This document shows positions 46,502-55,484 of a stretch of DNA of 64,000 bases, piece after piece. Made by a program: the position numbers and the translations under genes. Positions within the stretch are counted from its first letter, which is position 1. Every line of letters starts with the position of its first letter. The notes below the pieces were generated by a model that searched no databases, was not told the origin of the DNA, and saw only the letters and a program-made list of their open reading frames with translations. Where the stretch lies: assembly GCA_050733355.1 (NCBI GenBank), contig JBOHSY010000473.1, positions 1,095 to 65,094 of the forward strand, read 5' to 3'. Source of the DNA: Gemmatimonadales bacterium. GTDB taxonomy: Bacteria > Gemmatimonadota > Gemmatimonadetes > Gemmatimonadales > GWC2-71-9.

Positions 46502-47326
46502 ATGCCCGAGCTTCCCGAAGTCGAAACGATCGTCCGGGATCTGCGCCCGCGTGTCGTCGGGCGCACCCTTGGCTCGGTCTCCCTCAGTCATGACGATGTG
46601 CTCCGCGGCACCACCCGGCGACGGCTGCTGGGTGGGCTCCGCGGCGCGACGGTGCGGGGGCTCGTTCGCCGGGCGAAGCACGCCGTATTCGACCTCGGCC
46701 GGCGCCGCCTCGTAATCCAGCCCGGCATGACGGGATCGCTGGTCGTACACGACCGGCCGCTCACCCGCGACGAGCAGCGCTACGCCGTGCTGACCGTGGC
46801 GCTCGACGATGGTCGGCGGCTGGTTTATCGGGACGTGCGGCGGCTCGGCACCCTGCTCCTGCTGGACGAGCGCGGCTGGCACGCCTACGACGCCGCCATC
46901 GGTCCGGAGCCGCTCGATCCCTCGTTTACCGCCGAGGATCTCGGCCGGATCTTCGCCCGTTCGCGCCAGGCCGTGAAGAAGGTCCTGATGGACCAGCGGC
47001 TCCTGGCGGGGGTGGGCAACATCTACGCGAACGAGGCCCTGTTCGCCGCCGGGGTGGATCCGTCCCGCGCCGCCCGCTCGCTCGGCGCGGACGAGACCGC
47101 GCGGGTGCACGCGGAAGTGCGGCGGATTCTCGACGCGGCGATCGCGTCGAACGGCACCACGTTCCGGGACTACCGGACGGGCACCGGCGAGCGCGGCGAT
47201 TTTCAGCTCGAGCTCTTCGTGTACGGCCGAGAAGGTGAGCCCTGCCGGCGCTGCGGCACCCGGCTCGCCGGCACCCACGCCATCGACGCGCGAATCACGG
47301 TCTTCTGCCACCGGTGCCAGCGATGA
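46502..47326 (+). CDS. mutM: Formamidopyrimidine-DNA glycosylase
   Basis: MPELPEVE N-terminus (catalytic Pro2/Glu3) and C-terminal zinc finger CRRCG...CHRCQ. Confidence 0.9.
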   Translation: MPELPEVETIVRDLRPRVVGRTLGSVSLSHDDVLRGTTRRRLLGGLRGATVRGLVRRAKHAVFDLGRRRLVIQPGMTGSLVVHDRPLTRDEQRYAVLTVALDDGRRLVYRDVRRLGTLLLLDERGWHAYDAAIGPEPLDPSFTAEDLGRIFARSRQAVKKVLMDQRLLAGVGNIYANEALFAAGVDPSRAARSLGADETARVHAEVRRILDAAIASNGTTFRDYRTGTGERGDFQLELFVYGREGEPCRRCGTRLAGTHAIDARITVFCHRCQR

Positions 47327-48420
47327 GACGCTCCCGCGCGATGAGGTTCGCGTCGCCCGCGACCGACCTCGCTGCGCTCCGGACCCGGGTTCGTGGAATG
47401 GCGGAGCATCGTCCCGCGGTGTACCGGATGGTGGACGCGACGGGGAAGATTCTCTACGTCGGCAAGGCGAAACGGCTCCGCGCGCGTCTGCTCACCTATT
47501 TCCGCGCGCGCTATCCGGCCGACAAGGCGGCACGGATCCTCTACGCCGCGCAGGACATCCAGTGGGACTACGTGCCCAGCGAGTTCGCCGCCTACCTCAC
47601 CGAGCTCCGCCAGATCCGCCGCTACCATCCCCACTTCAACTTCGCTCTGAATCGCACCCGCCGGGCGGTGTTCGTGAAGGTCTCGCGCGGGCCGGCGCCC
47701 CGCATCACCTGCGGCACCACCATTGCCGCGGACGACGCGCGCTGCTACGGGCCGTTCCGCTCGCTCGGCCGCGCGGCCGAGGCGGTGCGGACGTTGAGCG
47801 ATCTGCTCGGCATCCGCGACTGCGCGGCGAGCATGCCCATCCTGTTCGCGGGGCAGGGCGACCTCTTCGACGCGGCGAAGCGCGCCGCCTGCATGCGGCA
47901 CGAGTTCGGGTTCTGCAGTGGTCCCTGCGCGGGCTTCGTGGCGGAGTGGGACTACCGGCGGCGGGTCGAGACCGCGATGGCGTTCCTCGAGGGGCGTACC
48001 GCACAGCCGATCGACCGCGTGGTGGCCTCGATGCAGGCGGCGGCGGCCCGGGCGGAGTTCGAGGCCGCCGCCAAATGGCGGGAGCGGTTCGAGCACCTGG
48101 AATGGCTGTTCGGGGCGATCAGCCGGGCGCGCACTGCGGTGGACCTGCTCACGTTCGTGTATCGCGATCCCGGCGCGTTCGGCGACGAGCGGGTCTATCT
48201 GATCCGGCGCGGCGTGGTGAAGGCTTCGTTTCCCTGGCCCGACACCCCGATCGAGCACGAGGCGTTCCGCGCCGTCGTGCGCGAGGAGCTAGCGCTGCCC
48301 GACGCGCCGCCGGGACCGCTGCCCCTGGATGCCATCGACGAGATCCTCCTCATGATGGCGTGGTTCAGGGCGCACCCGGAGGCGCTGCGCCGGACGACCC
48401 CGCTGGCACAGTGGGTCTGA
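47323..48420 (+). CDS. GIY-YIG nuclease with UVR motif (truncated UvrC/Cho-like)
   Basis: GIY-YIG core VYRMVDATGKILYVGKAKRLRARL...; UVR-like FEAAAKWRERFEHLEWL. No C-terminal Endo-V/HhH half. ATG 47323 overlaps the mutM stop (ATGA); GTG 47314 alternative. Confidence 0.75.
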   Translation: MRRSRAMRFASPATDLAALRTRVRGMAEHRPAVYRMVDATGKILYVGKAKRLRARLLTYFRARYPADKAARILYAAQDIQWDYVPSEFAAYLTELRQIRRYHPHFNFALNRTRRAVFVKVSRGPAPRITCGTTIAADDARCYGPFRSLGRAAEAVRTLSDLLGIRDCAASMPILFAGQGDLFDAAKRAACMRHEFGFCSGPCAGFVAEWDYRRRVETAMAFLEGRTAQPIDRVVASMQAAAARAEFEAAAKWRERFEHLEWLFGAISRARTAVDLLTFVYRDPGAFGDERVYLIRRGVVKASFPWPDTPIEHEAFRAVVREELALPDAPPGPLPLDAIDEILLMMAWFRAHPEALRRTTPLAQWV

Positions 48421-49096
48421 CCGGACCCCACAGCGCCGGCCGCCGCTCCACCCGTGCCGGATGCGTGCCCGGTGGCGGCGGCGGCCACGCGTGCCAGCCA
48501 CCGGGCGCGTCATCGTAGATCCGGATCGCAAGGCCGGGTGCTGCGCCCCGTCCGAGCCCGAGCCACCCTGCATCGAGCCGCAGCACCACGGTCCAACCCG
48601 ATCCTCCGCGCCGCTCCGCCGCACGCACGTCCCAGCCCGCCCCCGAACGCTCTTGGCCCAGCCGCCAGTCGGGGTCACCCTGCGGCTCGCCCCACTGCCC
48701 CGCGCGTCCACGATAGACCACGCTGCTGTCGAGTACCCGGCGGAAGTACCACTGGGAGTCGTCGTGCTGCGGCGACTCGGCGCCATCCCCCTCGGTATCC
48801 AGGCTCACGACAAGATCGTCGCCCCAGTAGGGCGTCGAGTCGGGAATCACGGCGACCAGGTAGACGCTGTCAGCGGTGCGGAGCAGCCACACCGAGGCCG
48901 TGCCCTGCCCCGTCGTCACCGCGATCTGCGCTGAGCCCCAGCTCGCGGAGTCGACCAGGTCGACCCTGGGCGCCTGCTCGACGGGGCGCACGGTCACAGT
49001 GTCCGGACCCGCGACGAGCGAGAGGGCGAGTACCGCGCCGGCGGCGGTCAGAAGCTGATGCTCACGCCGAGCCCGGCCGGGCGCACCCGGGTCCAC
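48365..49096 (-). CDS. Hypothetical secreted protein
   Basis: 243-aa ORF with a signal-like LLTAAGAVLALSLVAG and beta-rich Trp/Asp-rich sequence. Its 3' end overlaps the convergent GIY-YIG gene by 56 nt. Confidence 0.5.
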   Translation of the reverse strand: MDPGAPGRARREHQLLTAAGAVLALSLVAGPDTVTVRPVEQAPRVDLVDSASWGSAQIAVTTGQGTASVWLLRTADSVYLVAVIPDSTPYWGDDLVVSLDTEGDGAESPQHDDSQWYFRRVLDSSVVYRGRAGQWGEPQGDPDWRLGQERSGAGWDVRAAERRGGSGWTVVLRLDAGWLGLGRGAAPGLAIRIYDDAPGGWHAWPPPPPGTHPARVERRPALWGPVRPTVPAGSSGAAPPGAP

Positions 49097-49710
49097 CGCG
49101 GGCTCTTGATGAGCGCGCCCGTGGCGCCGGCACCCAGATACTCGAGCCCTTCGAGATAACCGGTATCCCCGTCGTCATGGTGGGCGAGCAGGAGCACGAC
49201 GGCCCCAGCCGCGCGATTCCCGCGCCGATCCCGAGGCCCATGGAGCACGTTCCGCCTCGACCCGGTCGCGATGTCGAGTCGTCTGATGTCGGCCGGGGAA
49301 TAGACCAGCGTGTGGGTGCGCTGGGTGATTTGATCCTGCTGCTGCTTGCGGCACTCGCGCGGCAGGCCAGGAAGCTGCGGAGCCATGCAGGAAAGCCCGC
49401 CCGGTAGCTCAGGGCGGCGCCCACCATCACGCGATGGATGCGGCGCTCGGTCAGTACCAGTTGATAGCGGGCGAGCAGCGAGATACCCCAGCGCGTAGCG
49501 GGAAAGAGATCGAGGCCCGTGCCGGCGCCGAGTGCGAACTCCGACTCGCTTCGGCTGAACTCGGGAATGGTTTCGTCGTCGAACCACATGTGGTAGATCC
49601 CCACCTCGGGACCTGCCGCGGCAGGAGGGGAGAGGGGCGAGATCGGCGGCGGCGAGCGTCGCGAGCACCAGCGTGGCGCGCCACGGAACCCGGTCCGGCC
49701 TGCGGGTCAT
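49048..49710 (-). pseudogene. Possible frame-disrupted small outer-membrane beta-barrel gene
   Basis: Signal peptide MTRRPDRVPWRATLVLATLAAA in one frame (ATG 49710, TGATG junction with the upstream gene). Barrel-like GIYHMWFDDETIPEFSRSESEFALGAGTGLDLFPATRWGISLLARYQL in a second frame (49604 downward). C-terminal ...YLGAGATGALIKSPRWTRVRPAGLGVSISF back in the first frame. Confidence 0.4.
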
Positions 49711-50189
49711 CAGCCGTCGAGCGCCACGATGCGTCCCCGGGGTGGAATCCCGGGCTCGAGCTCGAGAATCCCGACGGACGCGGGCAGGTCGAACCGCCGG
49801 TGCCCGGCACCCCCGGGATTCATGACGGTCACCACCTGATCCACGAGCGTGAGCAGCGGCTGGTGCGTGTGGCCGAAGACGAGGATCTCCGCCTCGGGGA
49901 ACGCGGCGTTCAGCTTGGCGGGTGTGGGGGAGCCGAACTGGTCGCCGTGGGTCACCACGATGCGGAATCCGTCGAGCTGGATCCGGGCCACCGGCGGCAG
50001 CCTCGCCCGGACGTCCGACCCGTCGGTGTTCCCGTAGACCGCCGTCACCGGCGCGATTGCCTCGAGCTCGGCGAGCAGCGCGAGCGGGCCGAGGTCGCCA
50101 CCGTGCAGAATGTGATCGACCTCGGCGAACACGTCGAACACCGCCGGGCGCAGCAGTCCGTGCGTGTCCGCGATGATGCCGAGCCTCAT
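49710..50189 (-). CDS. Metallophosphoesterase (YfcE/MJ0936-like)
   Basis: MRLGIIADTHG, GGD and GHTH motifs. ATG 50189 overlaps the ubiX stop (ATGA). Confidence 0.8.
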   Translation of the reverse strand: MRLGIIADTHGLLRPAVFDVFAEVDHILHGGDLGPLALLAELEAIAPVTAVYGNTDGSDVRARLPPVARIQLDGFRIVVTHGDQFGSPTPAKLNAAFPEAEILVFGHTHQPLLTLVDQVVTVMNPGGAGHRRFDLPASVGILELEPGIPPRGRIVALDG

Positions 50190-50806
50190 CCCTCCCACCG
50201 CGGGGCGATTGTCAGGTCGAGCTCGAGCAGATCGAGGACGCGCTGCACGACGAAGTCGACCAGCTCACCCACCCGGGTGGGACGGTGGTAGAACCCGGGC
50301 GCGGCCGGCAGCACCACCGCCCCGGCCTCGGTGACCGTCACCAGGTTGCGCAGATGCACCAGGGAAAACGGCGTCTCTCTGGGCACGAGGATCAGGCGGC
50401 GGCGCTCCTTGAGCGTCACATCCGCGGCGCGCTCCACCAGCGAGCGGCTGGTCCCTCCCGCGATGGCGGCCACGGTGCCCATGGAGCAGGGACACACGAC
50501 CATCCCCGCGGTACGCTGCGATCCGGAGGCGGGAAGCGCACCGCGGTCGCCATCAGGGAAATGACGCACGCTGCGCCAATCGCCACCGGTCGCCGCCTGC
50601 AGGTCGTCGATCGAGCCGACCTCGCACTCGGCCTTGAGCAGGCGCGCGCCGTGGCTGGTGACGACCAGCCACACCGGCAGATGGTTCCGTGCGAGCACGT
50701 CCAGGAGCCGGATCCCATACGCGGCGCCCGACGCGCCCGTTATGGCCAGCACCACGGGGTACCTCTCCCGCCCGCTCCCGCTCGCTCCCACCGGCTCCTC
50801 CCTCAT
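50186..50806 (-). CDS. ubiX: Flavin prenyltransferase UbiX
   Basis: Start ATG 50806. VVLAITGASGAAYGIRLL and UbiX/Pad1-like sequence. 4-nt overlap with the UbiA-like stop. Confidence 0.9.
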   Translation of the reverse strand: MREEPVGASGSGRERYPVVLAITGASGAAYGIRLLDVLARNHLPVWLVVTSHGARLLKAECEVGSIDDLQAATGGDWRSVRHFPDGDRGALPASGSQRTAGMVVCPCSMGTVAAIAGGTSRSLVERAADVTLKERRRLILVPRETPFSLVHLRNLVTVTEAGAVVLPAAPGFYHRPTRVGELVDFVVQRVLDLLELDLTIAPRWEG

Positions 50807-51780
50807 ACGAGTCGATCCGCGAGCGCGAAGAGGAAGACGGTCACGCTCATTACCCCGTTCATCGTGAAGAACGCGGCATCCAGCTTCGACAGGTCGCCGG
50901 GACGGACGAGGCGGTGCTCGTACACCAGGATGGCGGCCGCAACCGCCAGCCCCGCGAAGTACAGCGGGCCGAAGCCCGCCGCCCATCCGAACAGCGCGAG
51001 CGCCGGAATCGTGACCCCGTGCAGCAGCTTGGCCAGCAGGATCCCGCGCGCCTCACCCAGCCGAACGACGGCGCTCCGGAGGCCCTCGCTCCGGTCGAAC
51101 GCCTCGTCCGGCAGCGCGTAGAAGATGTCGAACCCAGCCACCCACGTGGCGACGGCCACGGTGATCGCCGCGAGCAGCCACCAGGGCTCGCTCCACGCCC
51201 CGGTCACGGCCAGCCATCCGCCGACGGGCGCGATCGCCAGGCTCAGGCCCAGCCAGAGGTGCGGCCACCAGGTAAATCGCTTGGCGAAGCTGTACGTCAT
51301 CACCCATGCGAGCGCCAGCGGACTCAGCGCCAGGCAGAGGGGGTTGAGCCAAGCGGCGGCCAGGACGAAGCACGCCGCGGCGACGAGCACCGACGCCCAC
51401 GCCTGCGGGAGGCTGAGCGCCCCGCGCGGCAGCTCGCGATTCCGGGTGCGCGGGTTCCGCGCGTCGTACTCGCGGTCGGCGATTCGGTTGAAGCCCATGG
51501 CCACCCAGCGCGCTGCCGAGAACGCGAGCATCACGAGGAGCACCGTGCGCGACGTGACCGGTGCCCGCATCGATGCGGCCACGAGGCCGAGCAGGGCGAA
51601 CGGGAGGGCGAAGAGCGTGTGGGGAAGCCTGACGAGGTTGGCGTAGCGGACGAGGAGGGATTCGCCCGAGAACGTCTGGCCTTCCTGGCCGGTGAGAGGT
51701 GAGACGTGAGAGGCGAGCGGGGGCTCCGGCGCAGGCGTCGGGCTCGTGAGGTCACCCCGGTACTCCCTCTCGCCTCTCAC
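50803..51780 (-). CDS. UbiA-family aromatic prenyltransferase
   Basis: NRIADREYDARNPRT (NxxxDxxxD) motif and ~8 TM helices. The only in-frame start is GTG 51780, inside the right arm of R7. Confidence 0.85.
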   Translation of the reverse strand: MRGEREYRGDLTSPTPAPEPPLASHVSPLTGQEGQTFSGESLLVRYANLVRLPHTLFALPFALLGLVAASMRAPVTSRTVLLVMLAFSAARWVAMGFNRIADREYDARNPRTRNRELPRGALSLPQAWASVLVAAACFVLAAAWLNPLCLALSPLALAWVMTYSFAKRFTWWPHLWLGLSLAIAPVGGWLAVTGAWSEPWWLLAAITVAVATWVAGFDIFYALPDEAFDRSEGLRSAVVRLGEARGILLAKLLHGVTIPALALFGWAAGFGPLYFAGLAVAAAILVYEHRLVRPGDLSKLDAAFFTMNGVMSVTVFLFALADRLV

Positions 51781-51808
51781 GTCTCACCTCTCACGGCTCA
51801 CCTCTCAG
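51691..51808. repeat. Tandem-unit hairpin R7 (GTGAGAG family, as R4)
   Basis: Left ggtgagaggtgagacgtgagaggcgag (51691-51717). Right ctcgcctctcacgtctcacctctcac... (51769-51808). 26/27 complementary. Spans the UbiD-like stop and the UbiA-like start. Confidence 0.9.
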
Positions 51809-53287
51809 CGGGAGTCGGATCCCAAGCCGAGACCACATCTCGTCCACCCGCTTCTTCGTCTCGTCGTCCATCGTGATGCGCTCCGGCCACTCCCGGTCGA
51901 ACCCTTCCTCTTTCCACTTCCGGGTGGCGTCGATGCCCATCTTGCTCCCGTAGGTGAACGCGCGGCTCGAGTGGTCGAGCACGTCCACCGGGCCCATGGT
52001 GAACCGCGTGTCACGCTCGGGGTCGATGTTGTTGAGCGCCACCCACCAGGCCTCGTCGGGGTCGCGCACGTTGACGTCCTTGTCCAGCACCACGATCACC
52101 TTGGCCAGCGACATCAGCCCCTGGCCCCAGAGCGCGTTCATCACCTTCCACGCCTGCCCCGGATACTGCTTGTCGATGCTGACGAACACCAGGTTGTGGA
52201 AGATGCCTGGCGCCGGCATGTGATAATCGACGATCTCGGGCACCGTGAGCCGGAGCAGCGGGAGGAAGATCCGCTCGGTCGCGTGCCCGAGGTAGTAGTC
52301 CTCCATGGGCGGCCGGCCCACGAGGGTGGCCGGGTACACCGGGTCCCGCCGCATCGTGGCCGCGGTGACGTGCACGGTGGGATAGTAGTCCGCGAGCGAG
52401 TAGAAGCCGGTGTGGTCGCCGAACGGCCCCTCGAGCACGAGCGCCTCGGCGGGATCGATGTATCCCTCGAGCACGATGTCCGCCTCGGCCGGCACGTCCA
52501 GGTCGCAGGTGATGGACCGGGCGAGGTCGACCGGCGACCGTCGCAGGAAGCCCGCGAAGATGAACTCGTCGATGGTGGGAGGGAGCGGCGCCGAGGCGGA
52601 ATAGATGCTGGCGGGATCGCCGCCGAGCGCGATCGCCACCGGCATGCGCTCGCCGCGCGCCGCCATCTCTCGCCAGTGCGCCGCACCGACTTTGTGCCGC
52701 TGCCAGTGCATCGCGAGCGTGTTCCGTCCGAGCACCTGCACGCGGTACATCCCGACGTTGCGGATGCCGCGCGCGGGATCCGTGGTGATCACCATCGGCA
52801 GGGTGATGTACGGGCCCCCGTCCTGGGGCCATGTCGTGAGGAACGGGATGACGGAGAGATCCACCTCGTCACCGCGCGCGACCGTGTGCTGGCAGGGCGG
52901 CTTCCCGCCCCGGACCCTGGGGGGGAACTTGGCCACCTCGGCCAGGCGCGGCAGCATGGAGAGCTTGCCCAGCAGGCCCTCGGGCACCTTGAGCTCGAGC
53001 AGCTCGCTGATGCGCCCGCCGACCTCGTCCAGTGCGTCGACGCCCAGCGCCAGGCACATGCGGCGCATCGAGCCGAAGAGGTTGATGGCGACCGGATAGG
53101 CGCTGCGCCGCCCGTCGTCGAGCAGCACATGCTCGAAGCGGAGCGCCGGCCCGCCGCCCGGGCTCTTCATGCACCGGTCGGCGATCTCCGCGATCTCGAG
53201 CCGTGCCTTCACCGGCTGCGTCACCCGCACCAGCTCGCCGATCTTCTCGATCTCGCGGACGAACTCCGTCAGGTTCTCGATCGCCAT
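51791..53287 (-). CDS. UbiD-family (prenyl-FMN dependent) decarboxylase
   Basis: 498 aa, UbiD-like throughout (MAIENLTEFVREIEKIGELVRV...). The last codons (PLRGEP-stop) lie in the right arm of R7. Confidence 0.9.
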   Translation of the reverse strand: MAIENLTEFVREIEKIGELVRVTQPVKARLEIAEIADRCMKSPGGGPALRFEHVLLDDGRRSAYPVAINLFGSMRRMCLALGVDALDEVGGRISELLELKVPEGLLGKLSMLPRLAEVAKFPPRVRGGKPPCQHTVARGDEVDLSVIPFLTTWPQDGGPYITLPMVITTDPARGIRNVGMYRVQVLGRNTLAMHWQRHKVGAAHWREMAARGERMPVAIALGGDPASIYSASAPLPPTIDEFIFAGFLRRSPVDLARSITCDLDVPAEADIVLEGYIDPAEALVLEGPFGDHTGFYSLADYYPTVHVTAATMRRDPVYPATLVGRPPMEDYYLGHATERIFLPLLRLTVPEIVDYHMPAPGIFHNLVFVSIDKQYPGQAWKVMNALWGQGLMSLAKVIVVLDKDVNVRDPDEAWWVALNNIDPERDTRFTMGPVDVLDHSSRAFTYGSKMGIDATRKWKEEGFDREWPERITMDDETKKRVDEMWSRLGIRLPLRGEP

Positions 53288-53319
53288 TCGGGCTCCGTTA
53301 CGCGTGGACCAACTGGATC

Positions 53320-53523
53320 AACCACCGAGGACACCCAGAGAACACAGAGAAACGTCAACGACAACGCAGAGGCGCAGAGAAACTGGTGAGGTTGTGGTCT
53401 CACGTCCGAGCTTTCGATGACTGGGAATGAGACCACAAGAAATTGCCCCCATACGTCGGCGCCTCTGCGTCTCTGCGGTTCCGCTGTTGCAGTGCCCCGT
53501 GTCCTCCGTGTCCTCTGTGGTTC
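53320..53523. repeat. Long (~200 nt) imperfect hairpin R8 (CAGAGRA / CACAGAG units)
   Basis: Left arm 53320-53402 (aaccaccgaggacacccagagaacacagag...cgcagaggcgcagagaaac...ggttgtggtctcac). Right arm 53429-53523 (gagaccacaag...gcgcctctgcgtctctgcg...gtgtcctccgtgtcctctgtggtt). Outer 15 nt are 14/15 complementary. Confidence 0.85.
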
Positions 53524-53531
53524 AAGTTCGT

Positions 53532-54263
53532 TCACTGCGATCGAACGCCGACGTGCAGCGCGGTCACACCGCCCAGGAGCAACGTGTAACGTACGTCCTC
53601 GAACCCCGCCGCGGCGATCCGGCGCGCCAGCTCCGGGGGCGCCGGAAAGACCCGGGTCGACTCTGGCAGCCACTCGTAGGCGCTCGTATGCTTCGAGATC
53701 AGCCGGCCGATCCGCGGCAGCACCCGCTCGAAATACAGGAGATAGAGTCCGCGCAGCGGCTGTCGGGGCGGCGTGGCCATGTCGAGGATGACCACGCGCC
53801 CGCCCGGCTTCACGACCCGCGCCAGCTCGGCGAGCCCCACGTCGAGATCCGCCAGGTTTCGCAGCCCCCACCCGATCATCGCACCGTCAAATACCGCACG
53901 CTCGAACGGCAATTCCAGCGCGTCGGCCGCCACCGGGTCGAGGCGGCCCCCCTTGCCCCGGCCGAGCTCGAGCATGGGGCGCACGAAGTCAGCGCCGATC
54001 ACACGGCCTCGAAATCCCGGACAGCCGGCAAGCCCGGCTGCAAAGTCGAGCGTGCCGGCGCAGAGGTCGAGGTAGATTCCGTCCGGGCGGCGCTCCCAAC
54101 CGAGTTGCGCCACCGCCTGTCTGCGCCAGCGGAGGTCGAGCCGGAAGCTCAAAATCCGATTCAACCGGTCGTACGTCGGGGCGATCGCCGCGAACATCGC
54201 TCGGACGTAGGCGCGTTTCGCCGCCCCGCCGGAAACCGGTAACTTCTGATCCGAGGCTAACAT
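53532..54263 (-). CDS. ubiE: Demethylmenaquinone/ubiquinone C-methyltransferase
   Basis: MFAAIAPTYDRLNRILSF..., SAM motif DLCAGTLD, UbiE/MenG-typical length. Confidence 0.9.
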   Translation of the reverse strand: MLASDQKLPVSGGAAKRAYVRAMFAAIAPTYDRLNRILSFRLDLRWRRQAVAQLGWERRPDGIYLDLCAGTLDFAAGLAGCPGFRGRVIGADFVRPMLELGRGKGGRLDPVAADALELPFERAVFDGAMIGWGLRNLADLDVGLAELARVVKPGGRVVILDMATPPRQPLRGLYLLYFERVLPRIGRLISKHTSAYEWLPESTRVFPAPPELARRIAAAGFEDVRYTLLLGGVTALHVGVRSQ

Positions 54264-54316
54264 AGGCGCTCAATGTACCCCGTGCTCGGACCGCTCCGCA
54301 AGCGTCAGGGACGGCA

Positions 54317-54916
54317 GTGCGTAGGCCCGAGCTGGCCGACCGGACCGATCAGGAAATCGTCGCCCTCGCGCGGGGCGGCGTGGAGGCGGCGTATCGCGAG
54401 CTGGTGCGGCGTTACGAGCGACCGCTCTTCTCGCTGCTCTACCGGATGGTGCGCGACCGCGAGCTGGCGGAGGATCTTGCCCAGGAGACGTTCGTCAAGG
54501 CGCTGAACGCGATCGAGTCGTACCGCCCGGAGTACAAGTTTTCGTCCTGGATCTTCAAGATCGCCAACAACGCCGCGATCGATCACCTGCGCCGGCGCGA
54601 GCTGGACACGCTGTCGCTCGAGGGATCGCCGCACGCCGAGACGCCGGAAGCGATCGAGGCCACGGCGCTTCAGATCGGCGATCGCCAGGAGTCGCCGCTC
54701 GACGAGGTCGCGGCGCGCGAGCTGGGCGGCGAGATCGAGGCGGCGATCGCGAAGCTCAGGCCGGAGTATCGCTCGTGCATCCTGCTCCGCCACGTCGAGG
54801 GTCGCGCCTACGAGGAGATCGCCGAGATCCTGGGGCTTCCGCTGGGCACTGTCAAGACCTACATCCATCGCGCACGCAACGAGTTGCGGCGTGAGCTGGC
54901 GCACCTCCGGCCATGA
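54317..54916 (+). CDS. ECF-type RNA polymerase sigma factor (RpoE-like)
   Basis: Region 2 ELAEDLAQETFVKA...FSSWIFKIANN. Region 4 EYRSCILLRHVEGRAYEEIAEILGLPLGTVKTYIHRAR. GTG start. Confidence 0.9.
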   Translation: MRRPELADRTDQEIVALARGGVEAAYRELVRRYERPLFSLLYRMVRDRELAEDLAQETFVKALNAIESYRPEYKFSSWIFKIANNAAIDHLRRRELDTLSLEGSPHAETPEAIEATALQIGDRQESPLDEVAARELGGEIEAAIAKLRPEYRSCILLRHVEGRAYEEIAEILGLPLGTVKTYIHRARNELRRELAHLRP

Positions 54917-54953
54917 AACCTTCCCATCACAGCCATCGTAAAGGGGCTCACTT

Positions 54954-55484
54954 ATGACTGGCTCGCCCGAATCGCCGCTGGCTCCCGACGAGTTCGACCG
55001 CTGGCTCGATGAGCGCCTCGCGGCGCTGCCGCTGTTCGCGCCGCGCGTCGATTTCAGCGACCGGGTCATGGCCTCGGTCAGAGTGCCCGACCCCTTCTCG
55101 ATCCGTTCCATTCGTACCGCGCGCCGCCGGCTGTTCTCCACCCCGAAGTCGGTGGCCATCGCGGCGTCGCTCGCGCTCCTGGTCGTCGGCTCGATGGCCG
55201 CCAGCGTCGCGTGGACGCTCGCCAATCGCGAGACGATGCTCGCCCTGGGCGGCTGGCTGGTCGCCGAGGCCGGGCAGTGGGCGTGGGTCGGGCTGCGGGG
55301 AACGGCGCTCACTCTCATGGAGCAACCGTGGTTCTCGGGATTCCGCGGCCTCCTCGATGCGCCTGGCCGCCTCGCCCTCGCGTCGGCGTTCGGCATGCTG
55401 GTGTACCTGACGGGAGTGCTGGCTCTCCGGCGACTCCTCACGGTTCCGGCTCCGACCCAGCGGGTGGCGCATGCCAACTGGTAG
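54954..55484 (+). CDS. Putative membrane anti-sigma factor
   Basis: Position directly after the ECF gene. Cytoplasmic N-domain followed by 3 hydrophobic helices. No zinc-binding HxxxCxxC motif. Confidence 0.5.
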   Translation: MTGSPESPLAPDEFDRWLDERLAALPLFAPRVDFSDRVMASVRVPDPFSIRSIRTARRRLFSTPKSVAIAASLALLVVGSMAASVAWTLANRETMLALGGWLVAEAGQWAWVGLRGTALTLMEQPWFSGFRGLLDAPGRLALASAFGMLVYLTGVLALRRLLTVPAPTQRVAHANW

